A stretch of DNA of 63,759 bases, counting the filler, from Nemertoderma westbladi (lineage: Eukaryota; Animalia; Xenacoelomorpha): assembly GCA_032718475.1 (NCBI GenBank). It is 3 parts of 3 records of this genome, joined end to end, with 100 filler letters (N's around TTAATTAATTAA, not from the genome) between each part and the next. Parts side by side here need not be neighbours in the genome. Positions count along the whole stretch, not along the records: positions 1 to 27,486 come from JAUCBJ010003322.1; 2 more parts are not named here. One strand, written 5' to 3'. Under the pieces are notes generated by a model, which had not been told where the DNA came from, ran no database searches, and worked only from the letters and a program-made list of their open reading frames with translations. Shown one piece after another: positions 11,381-21,534 of the stretch (position 1 is the first letter of the stretch; each line of letters begins with the position of its first letter). Both the position numbers and the translations under genes were made by a program.

Positions 11381-14279
11381 TCGCACAGGAGCTAAATCGT
11401 GGTTCTGGGGCAACACAAGGCCCACGTAACAGGGTTTCTGGTGCTGCTTGGAGTCCGATGGTGATGCCATCTAGGGCATACACCCAGTCACCTAGAGGTA
11501 GCAATAAACGTCCACGTCTTAATGAGGATAGGGATCAGGAAAACGATGGTTTTACAGTGGTCTCATATCAGAAACAGCGCGCTCCTCCACCTCCGCAGCG
11601 ACTTATACACGAACAAGTAGTCGGTACACGTGGCGGTGGAGCCAGCACTTATAAACTACGAGCTGCACCGTGTCATATTTTCATTTCTTATCTCAGTAGT
11701 GATACAACGGCACAAGAAGTCATGGACTGTCTCGCGTTCAGTAAGATCAGAGTTGAGTTGAAGAACGTGGAGAGAAAGTCGCATGAGAATGCAAAATGCA
11801 AGGATAGGGTAGCTTCAAAGTTTCAATTCCAGGGAACTTCTCCTCCAAGGTCTTGGATTCGAGTATCTGGCCACAGGGTGTTTTCATACGGAAATGGATG
11901 CATTCTTTCCGTCGTTCAGGTCCCAGGTTAGGCGTGGTCCTAAGCACGACCAGGGGAAACGCTCCTCGTGGTCCAATGGGGAATGAGGAAGTTCATCCTA
12001 GTGGTGCTGGTGACGTGCCCCAAAGTCTGGGGCAATAGGTTGTTTGGTGATCGTTTATGTTGTTTATTTTATATATTTAGTTCAAGTAACCCTAACCAGT
12101 TATCTTTATTAACACTACAATGGCAGGCTCCAACGAAAGCCATGGTGACCTTACTGCCATGTCGCATAATTCTACAGGGTTTGGTCTAAATAAGATCGAG
12201 CATATTAAAACCCTACTGTTGGGTGCCAACATTGTTTGTTTGCAAGAACACTTTTTGTTAAAGAGTATCTCTTATAAGATTCGTGATGCTTTTCCAAATT
12301 GTAAATTTATTTTTAAGCCCGCGTTGTATTTAAATGAGAATGTGGTACACCATGGGAGACCCAGTGGGGGTTTGTGTATAATTTACAAAAGTAATATGCC
12401 AAATATGTGTCTCCAATTGATACTGGTAGCAAGCGGGTACAGGCTATTAAACTAATATTACCGAACAAGAGTATAATACTGATCAACTCGTATTTTCCCG
12501 TTGATTCGCAGTCCGCATCAACGGTATCTGATGAATTACTTGAGGTGCTTAACTGTGTGAAGGAATTAGTTCGGAATTCCAATACTAGTAATGTTATTAT
12601 GTGTGGTGATCTAAATAGCGATTTTTCGCGCCAATCTCTACAGGTGCGAATAGTTAAAGATGTTATTTTGGAATTGTCACTAAATATTTTACGGGAAGAA
12701 TTCCTGGTTGACTATACATACTTGGTGTGTACTGATTCGGGTACAGTTAATAAGTCAGTATTTGATCATTTTCTTGTTAGTGATACCGGTACAATAGGTA
12801 ATAACTGTTATGAATGCGATGTAGTAAATTCTGGTTGTAACCTATCCGGGCATTTTCCGGTGTATATAAAATTCCATACTAATGACTTAAATTTTGAAGT
12901 CACAGATACTAAATTTCCGAGGAAATGTCATTATAATAGAGCAACTGATACCCAGCGAAAGGAGTACGGTGGTAGACTATAGAAGGAAAATCTGTCTAAA
13001 ATTCAATTTCATTTACCTACTATAGGATATGTGCGACTGTACAGAACATACTCTATTTTTAGAGAATTATGCATTACAAATTATGGATGATTTAGAGAAT
13101 GCATCTCATGCATTACCTATGACGGGAGGTGAAGCCTCTCGTGGTTCAACTGATGCTAATCGGGTGTTACCAGGGTGGATAGAACACGTTAAGCCGTACA
13201 AAGATGAAGCGGTTTTTTGGCAAAGCGTGTGGGTGGCTGGCCTAATGGGAGTACTAATAATTTATTTTATATACGTCAACGTACAATGCTTCAATATAAA
13301 TATGCGATTCGTTGGTTGCAAAACTCGACGAATCGAATACAGCGTGACAAGCTGTTAAAGGCATTACTGAATGGAAAGACCGCGATTTTTGATGAAATAC
13401 GAAAATTGTGGGGGAATGGTAATGTTGTCAGTGATTCCATAGAAGGGGAGACAGATCCCCAAGAAATTGCAGAAAAGTTTGCTAATATTTATAATGAGTT
13501 ATATAATCGGAGTGATACAGTTGATGTAGGCGGTATTACGTCTGAAATTAACGACAGGCTGCAGGATGGTAGTCGTTCATTTTGTTCCATTACCGTAGAG
13601 TGTATTCATGATGCTTTGCAACATTTAAAGTTAGGCAAATCAGATGTTTCCTACGGTTTTGATTCCGGTGCACTTATTTATGGTGGTGTTAACTTTGAAA
13701 CCCATCTGGCAATTCTTTTTAATGCATTTTTGTTTCATGGGTTTTTATCTAAGTGTCTTTTAACAATTGCAATGCAATGGTGCCACTAGTTAAGAATAAA
13801 TTAAGTAGTATAGCATGCACGAATAATTATAGAGCTATACCTATTGCATCTCTAATTTTGAAAGTATTTGAATGGGTGCTGTTAATAACTCAGAAAGATA
13901 TAAACTTATTTTAGATGAACTTCAATTTGGCTTTCAGGCTAAGTCCAGCACTGTTATGCGTACTTGGACGGCCACTGAGGTAATAGGTTACTACAAACGC
14001 AATAACACTCCTGTTTTCGGTTGTTTGTTGGATTTCACCAAGCCTAGTTAATTGGAAGAAATTGTTTTTAGAACTACTAAAAAAAGGTTTTGTGTTCTTT
14101 TTTGCAGTGCTTATTATACATATATGTTAATCAATCGTGTCATGTGCGATGGAATATATAATAATAATTCAGATACATTTTCAATATCGAACGGTGTTAG
14201 GCAAGGGTCGGTGGTCTCACTGATATTATTTTGTGTAGTTGTAAATATTCTAATAAATCGATTACGTATATCTTGTGTA

Positions 14280-16778
14280 CTACTACTAGGTCGAGCGAAC
14301 TCGGACAGTGGAAATGAGATCCTTCCAGGCTTCCCGATTCTCCATAGTTGTCGCAATTTCGTTTCTCCCAAGTTTAGTACCCCTTTCAAGTTGATCTATA
14401 TATGTTATGGCCGGCTGTTACGACTACTCTTTTAATGAGTTGGTTGCCAGAGAAGTAGATCTGGTATGACCTCGTCTTCACTTTGCCAGCAGTGCCCACT
14501 GAATCTTAATCTGTGTTCACGGAGGGTGGTTGATACAGGTGCTATTGTACCATAAAGCTCGGCGTTTGTCATGTGTTGCCTCCAGCTGATGTTTAGGGCT
14601 GCCCTTAGTAGTCTTGTGTACCATCAATCCGTTGTTCAAGTGATTTAGTCAGCGTCCAGGTCTCACCCCTGTATAAAAATACACTTTCCACTGTGGCTCG
14701 AAAGAACTTAGTCTTCAGGTGCCTGAAGAGATCTGATTTCCAGATGGTATCCATTTTTGATAGAGCTGCCCAAGCCTTTGCTTTCCTAACTTCTATGTCC
14801 TTTTTGCTACTCTCTATCCATGATCCAAGGTACTGGAAGTCGTCGACCTTCCTTAGTTGATTATTATCAATGGTTGTCAAGTTTCCATCAACATTAAAGG
14901 ACATGAATACGGTATTGGTAGCATTTATATGCAATCCAACCTCCTTAGCAGCCCTCTCCACTTTATTTAGTAGGAGCTGTGCATCTGCTAGCGTGTTAGA
15001 GAACAGGGCGATGTCATCCGCAAAGTCGGTGTCTGTGACTGTAGTTGCCGGATATCTACTACTTCTGCGTTCTTGAAGTGTGAATCCCAGATCTTCACCC
15101 TTTGTGGCAGTCCTCATTGCGTAATCCAGCACAGTTACAAATAGTAATGGTGCTAATGTGTCACCTTGCAGTACGCCAGCCAGGATTGAGAAAAACTCAG
15201 TTTCACCATATGGTGAGAGTACCTGTGCTTCTGTGTCACAATATAACAATCCAATGCCAGCAACAATTACTTCTGGTATTCCATAAGCTCTCAGGATTTC
15301 AAGCATTTTACCTCTATGGATGGAGTCGAAGGCCTTCTTGAAGTCCACAAAAGTCATGACTGCAGGGAGATTCTTTGACTTAATTCCTTCAATCAGTCTC
15401 CATAGTGCAAGTATCTGAGGTATCTGATCTACTTGGTCGAAATCCGTTTTGGCTCTTACGCAGTAGTTTCTCTATGTGAGGCCTAATCCTAAATAGAATC
15501 ATTTCATTGTATATTTTGGCAGCTACCACAAGCAGACAGATCCCACGGTAGTTTGTTGGTATGTCGAGGTCTCCTTTCTTGGGGAGAGGCTTTAGTTCAC
15601 CTTTAGTCCAAATTGGTGGTGGCTTTTCCCCTTTTAACATCCGGTTGCAAACATTCAATAATGGTCTGTTTAGCACTCATGTTCCTGTTTTCCATACCTC
15701 CGCTGGGATTTAATCTAATCCACTCACTTTAATATTGGACATGCTTTTAATGCTTCTTTGGAGTTCGGCAGGCAAAGCGGTTTTGAACTTCTACTGTGTA
15801 AGCATCATTTACTGCATTGTCAGTCCTGAGTTTCTCCCAGTCATAGTTGATTGCTTGCTTGTCATGGGTTTGCTGGCTCTCAAACTGAGTCTGATCTCTG
15901 CAGTCACAATTCTGTGTTCCGAACCAATTAGGTCGAACGAGCTGTATGCCTCGCAGTTGATCATGCTGTTTCACCACTTTTTGTTTATAAGGATGTAATC
16001 CAGTTGTGCTTTGGTTCCATTAAGGTACTGACAGGTCCATAGCTTCCCCTTACTCTTTTCGAATGTGTTGTTTGTTGGTATCAATTCACATTCTTCCATT
16101 AGGTGTAAAAGTAAGTACCCATTTCTGTTAGAACTGGTGTTATAGGTGTAACCCTTGATGTCTTCTGGGCCAATTTGCGCATTCAGGTCACCAGCAATGA
16201 CTTTAACATTGTGTTTCGGAATGTCCTTTATAAGTACAGTCAGTTCTTCATAAAACTTGACTGCTTGTTCTGGCTCTGAAGCATTGGTTGGACTGTAGCA
16301 ACATATAACTGTTGCCTTGGGATTCCCATCAAATGTTGCGATCATAACCCTGAAATTTATAGATTCGATGTTGTTTAGTGTCTTAAGTGCAAATGGGCTT
16401 ATCAGAATTCCTACTCCACCAATTGATGCATTGGCCGAGTTTCTTACTGCTGAGCTTGTTACTAACTTCCATCCACCTCCAATGTCACTGTACTTCATGG
16501 CAGTGTCTTCATGACAAATCCGATGTTCTTGGATGTAGATGATGTTGTGTCGATGTTATATATTGCCAGAGCGACCATGTCACCCTGTTTGGTACAGTAT
16601 GTGCTTTCAGCGTGCATGCGTTCATTGTAGCAATCTTGAGTGTCTTTTTACATTTCAACAGGTTGGTTCTTCTTTCTTCTCTGTGTTCAGTTCCAGTAGC
16701 CAATTTATCGACCCCAGCCTGGTGTACCACTGAGGGACGCGGTCCTTGTTGACTCGGGCGACGACCGAGCCGGTATTT
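14280..16778 (-). mobile_element. RTE-clade LINE (family A), 5'-truncated and internally deleted, inserted in the CR1-group RT
   Basis: EN: IATMNA, CYSPTN, AGDLNAQIG, QLDYILIN. RT: NYRGICL, SQNGFRP, FVDFKKAFDSI, GVLQGDTLAP, DFADDIAL. (TAG)n tail. 14-bp TSD GTATATCTTGTGTA at 14266-14279 and 16779-16792. Confidence 0.95.
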
Positions 16779-17481
16779 GTATATCTTGTGTAGGGTGCTC
16801 TATTGGTAATATATATTTTGGTTGTCTAGCATACGCAGTCGATGTGTTATTACTATGTCCATCAGTTTTTGGTTTACAATATATGATCGATATCTGTGTA
16901 GATTTTTGTACTGAATTTAAGTTAAAAAACTAAGTGTTAATTGCGACCCGAAGTTGTGTAAATCTAAGTGTATTCCAATTAATTTTGTATGGAAACCTCC
17001 TAGAGCTGAAATTGTTGTAAACGGCATTTCACTACCGTAGGTTCAGGAGGCTATTCATTTAGGTATTTTGCTCGATTACAACTTTAATTTATTACGAGGT
17101 GCATTTATTGGTAAATTATCAAATTTACGTCAGGAATATAATTTCTCATCGCCACATATTTTATCATATCTACAACGTGTATGTATATTGTACACATTTT
17201 TATGGTTGTCCGGTTTGGGATATATATTCTGAAGGTTGTAAGCGAGTTTATAATGCATGGAACAACAACATTAAAATTGTATGGGCATTACCATATAATG
17301 CCCATCGGCTCATTGTTGAAGGACAGGTAAACTTTGAGCATCCTAAATTTATGATTACGAAACAACTAGTTAATTTTTCGAAAACGGTGTTAGCGTCTAA
17401 CAAGCTATGTGTCAGATTTTTGTCCAGATTAGTGTGGAATGATTGCCGGAGTCGTAGTGATTTATATATTAGGCGTATATG

Positions 17482-17598
17482 TATGGGGCGCCGTGGGCTT
17501 CAAAAATATGAAAATGTCGGCGACTGGTTCAGATTCTCGGCGACGGTCTGAACCAGTCACCGACATTTTCATATTTTTGAAGCCCACGGCGCCCCATA
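17482..17598. mobile_element. 117-bp hairpin MITE with 6-bp TSD
   Basis: ~52-bp arms (TATGGGGCGCCGTGGGCTTCAAAAATATGAAAATGTCGGCGACTGGTTCAGA and its complement, 1 mismatch) around a 13-nt loop. TATATG is duplicated at 17476-17481 and 17599-17604. Confidence 0.9.
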
Positions 17599-18135
17599 TA
17601 TATGCAATGAGTGTTTCCTCTCCGATATTATTTTTATTGTGCAACACCCTTACGAGCGACGCAGTTTGCATTTGTGCAGGGAATTATGCCGAGTTAGAAA
17701 CGGCGAGTTGGCAATAGCAGGGTTTTCAAATAATGAAATTGGGATGCTTTTGGAGCATGTCTCCTCAGACTGATTCTACCTACCTTACATTACTTATATA
17801 TATATTTATATATTTTTCTTTTTTTTGTTGGTAATTTAATTATTGTGCTCCTGTACTACCATACGATTAGTATATTCCCATATGTTATGTACGAAAGAAA
17901 TTAATAATAATAATAATAAGGGAAGCCTGTTGGATTGCAGACGTATATTTTATAGCAGGGCATCGCAAATTTTTGTCATTTGATTCAAAGTATACTTATC
18001 AGAAATCATCTTCAAAATGTCTTTTCTAAAGAATTTGGCGATATTGTATAGTTCGTAGATAACAGTTTGTTGCTGGTCTGATTTTAAGGTTATAAGCCTG
18101 GATTTAGGTTGGATTAGATTGGTAGGGAGAACAGG

Positions 18136-19359
18136 TGTAAAAGCTTTTGCGTAATTAGCCGGTTATTATCCCCGTAAAGTACTCTGTGGTTGGTTTACCA
18201 GGCATAAAAAGGCCGTGTCCTTGCTGTACTGGTGTTTTGGAGGACATAAAAGCCATTTCTTCTGTATTTGTACTTTAGAGGACATAATCTGCAATTTCGT
18301 GACGTAAAAGGCTCGATACTCTTGAAAACAGTGTCGCTACCATGACGACGGCTAACGGCTGATATTGCCACGTTGCAACTTTCTGTATCTGCCAATAGGA
18401 TTTGAGTTAGTTTTGATTTCGACCTATCACAAATCTACTGAACTGAATTTCCTATCTTTATGCTCATTCTCTGTGGTGGGTGGAAGCCTTTGTAAATAAG
18501 GTTATTCTTATCAGTGTTCAGTGTTATGTTTTTGCCCAGAGCCTAAGAACCGGCTTTTGGCACCTCCGTGTTTCAGTCTTTAGTCTTACATTAGTAGGCT
18601 CAATTATAGAACGTATATCTGTTATCTTAACTTAACTTAACCACTCACGAGTTACACAAGTTAACTCATTCACTTAATAATCATTTATACATTAATATTA
18701 CTGCTTTTACTGTCGGTCATTCATTATATTGGTTGATGAAATATTATATCGGAATACTGATCAATAGTCAGACACCCCACCTTCTTGATATACTAAAGGT
18801 TAGAGAGACCGGTTACAGATAAACGATTGCGACCTGTGTTGAGTGGTTTGAAGTGAATCTAATGCTATTTCATATGCCCAACATAAATTGTCTGTTGCTC
18901 TCTTTATACGTGACCAAATTTAGTGAAGGTCGGCAGATTAGTGTGCAGTATTGTGCAGCATTGTGTATGAGTGTAACTGATAACAAAACATCTCCTAAAG
19001 AATGTGCCATATACGTGAATCTATAGCCTTTTCGTTGTGACTAGTTTAAGTCATAACTCTGTTTATATAGATAGAGCGCCACGTCCTAAAGGAACTGTTA
19101 ATATTTCCCGAAAGTGAATAATATTTGTCAGAAATTATATATCACGATCAGTCGAATAATACAGTAGGCTTACACCATCAATCATTAAGCCCCGAACTCA
19201 GTCTCCCGGGTATATCCAACGGGTGAATGATTGCGCATAGACTGGCTTCGGCTAATGTAGTGTATCAAATACTCGTCATAGGCTAAAGACTATCTATCAT
19301 CCAAAAGACATTCTAATTTTGGCAGGTTAAACTGTCAAAGGTCTTTAAAAGCGCAAACA
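18136..19359 (+). repeat. 5' LTR (1224 bp)
   Basis: Starts TGTAAAAGCTTTTG and ends AAAGCGCAAACA. Aligns by eye with 30682-31846 from the CCAATAG motif (~18392) to the end. Confidence 0.9.
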
Positions 19360-19370
19360 ATAACAGATAT
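19360..19370 (+). promoter_or_regulatory. Candidate self-priming primer-binding site (ATAACAGATAT)
   Basis: Directly abuts the LTR end and lacks the TGG start of a tRNA PBS. Exact reverse complement of LTR positions 18615-18625 (ATATCTGTTAT). Confidence 0.65.
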
Positions 19371-19645
19371 TGCTTCTGGATTGCGGTGTAAGCAATCTAG
19401 TCGAAAGTACCGGTTGACCGGTAACCAGTAGGCCTGACTGCCTGATCATCCGGACCGGTACCTACAACAGTACAGGTACAGCAGTATTATTCGATTGTGA
19501 TCTATTGTATACTGTAGGCTGCCAGGGGAATAGGGATTGATCACCCCTCATTCTTTTGTAAAGTTTACTTATTTCTGCAAGTTTTATTTGTTTGTAGGCC
19601 AGTATTGAACAGAAGGCGTGTAAGCCTGATCAGATTGTGCAGACA

Positions 19646-20215
19646 ATTTGTAGGTTGAACTGTTGTCTGATTGCTGTTAAGTCTGAACGGATTGCAGTGT
19701 GTGTAGATCACCTGTCCGATAAAGAACGGTTAGGAAGTAGGGGCAGCGAATGCTGTAAGGTAAACCCCCAACTAAAGAATAAGTCGTACTACTGGGTTAG
19801 AACGCATACTACCTAATTATTTCGGAGTCTGCATGTCCTGTAGTTTATTTAGGCTTGAGAGTAGTCTGCCATCGTTTAGTCTGTACTTTGTTTGTGTAAG
19901 TCTGTACGGGTAGCGTATAATATTTATTTAGATAATTTGTAGGCTGGATAGTTGTCTGGCTGTTATTAGGTCTGAACGGATTGCAGCTTGTGTAGATCAC
20001 TTGTCCGATAAAGAACGGTTAGGAAGTAGGGGCAGCGAATGCTGTAAGGTAAACCCCCAACTAAAGAATAAGTCGTACTACTGGGTTAGAACGCATACTA
20101 CCTAATTATTTCGGAGTCTGCATATACCGTAGTTTGTTTAGGCTTGATAGTAGTCTGTCAGTGTTCGGTCTGCATTTTGTTTGAGTAGTTTGTACGCGTA
20201 GCGTAATATTTATTA
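19646..20215 (+). repeat. 289-bp direct tandem duplication in the BEL leader
   Basis: GAACGGATTGCAG at 19685 and 19974. The central ~120 bp are identical between copies; the flanks have diverged. Confidence 0.9.
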
Positions 20216-21534
20216 TTCAGAGTTTATGCGATTATTCGCAACATTCATTCCCCAAGTTTGTTCCTACAGTAATTGTGTTTGTTATACATACCGCTATAGT
20301 TAAATTAACCCCGGTACTACACGGGCTGCTTGGCGTAGGTAAAGACTGGTGATTTTGTGCACCGGTCACTCCAGCAGATGCCGTGGTTCTTTTAGCTGTT
20401 CAAATATATTTAACTACTGATTATATGTTGTACAAGTACTCGTACCTAATTTAGGGTTTAGTGTACAGTGCTTTCCGAAAGTAATTAGTGTAGGCATTAT
20501 ATTTGTGTTGTAAAGTGGTTGATAGGCACATTCGATTAGCTCTATTAACTTCTAGGTAGGAACACTCCGTGATACATAACGTAGAACCTATAGCGATACG
20601 GCTATAGGTCGTCAGGCGGTGGTATTTTCCTATCTGGACAACGCAGTGTATTTACTACTACGTATTATTTTCAAATACCGCAGTACCCTGTCCGTTGTAA
20701 TAACCAGAATTCTAACCCTTTGTTAGGCTGGTTTGTAGACTTCTTGTAAAATTACCCTAAAAATTTCGTATTTGTGTTTTTTGTAAATTTTTGTGTTTAT
20801 TTAGAGATTGTAATCTCACCCGAATTGTACGTAATTTGTAGTATTAAGTAACTTAGGTAAATTAGCATTATTTGTTTTAGTGTCCTATAAGTAACACTTC
20901 ACTGAAAGCACACCGCTTTGTGTAGTGATTACTCCCCAGAAATAATAACATTTATTTCAAACATTGACAAAAACCCATTAAAACGGGTATATATATATTA
21001 TAAATCAAATCTAACGATTTATAAATAGTAGGCCTACCATACAACCATTAGGTCTCAATATCAGTTGGATTACTGCTCAAAAAACGGTAATAAAGTAAGT
21101 AAAGTAACCAAGTAACCCTAAAATTCAGAAATTCAATTATTTAAAATAATTGATATACCGGTATTTACGATAGGCCTATTATCTTTATTTCTATAAATTT
21201 AGGCTGAAATTATACCGGTACTTTATAATTAATTCTAGTCCAGAATTATACTTATATATACTACAAACTGTAAGCTGTATACCGGTATTCCCGATAGGCC
21301 TATTATATATTTATATATATTTGTGCTAAAATTATACCGGTATTCTGTGATAAACCTAGTCTGTAATAATAGTTATATATACTATAAGCATACCGGTATT
21401 CTAATATATTATATATATCACGCTACACTGAGTAGCAGTACCGGTAATTAATTACTAGGCTAGCAGTTAATACTGAATTACTAGACTTGCTTAGACTGTA
21501 ATATAGCAGTAGGCATTCAACTGTACTCACAAAC

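Larger units (their letters stand above)
11390..17919 (+). mobile_element. 5'-truncated, decayed CR1-group (CR1/L2/Daphne-like) LINE: partial ORF1, EN-RT ORF2, (TAA)n tail; carries two nested insertions
   Basis: ORF1 HIFISYL..IWPQGVFIRKW. EN: SHNSTG, CLQEHFL, GRPSGGLCI, CGDLNSD, FDHFLVS, LSGHFPV. RT: NYRAIPI, QFGFQ, LLDFTKA, NGVRQGSVVS, and CLAYAVDVLLL (YADD mutated) after the RTE insert. TAATAATAA tail at 17902-17919. Confidence 0.9.

Noticed and set aside
18121-18135. Purine-rich GGTAGGGAGAACAGG before the 5' LTR as a polypurine tract of a tandem element
   Set aside because: It does not resemble the sequence before the 3' LTR and lies in an open minus-strand frame; more likely target DNA.
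19377-19395. TGG-starting tRNA PBS (TGGATTGCGG..)
   Set aside because: It lies 17 nt from the LTR end and matches no tRNA 3' end I recognise; not excluded without a tRNA search.
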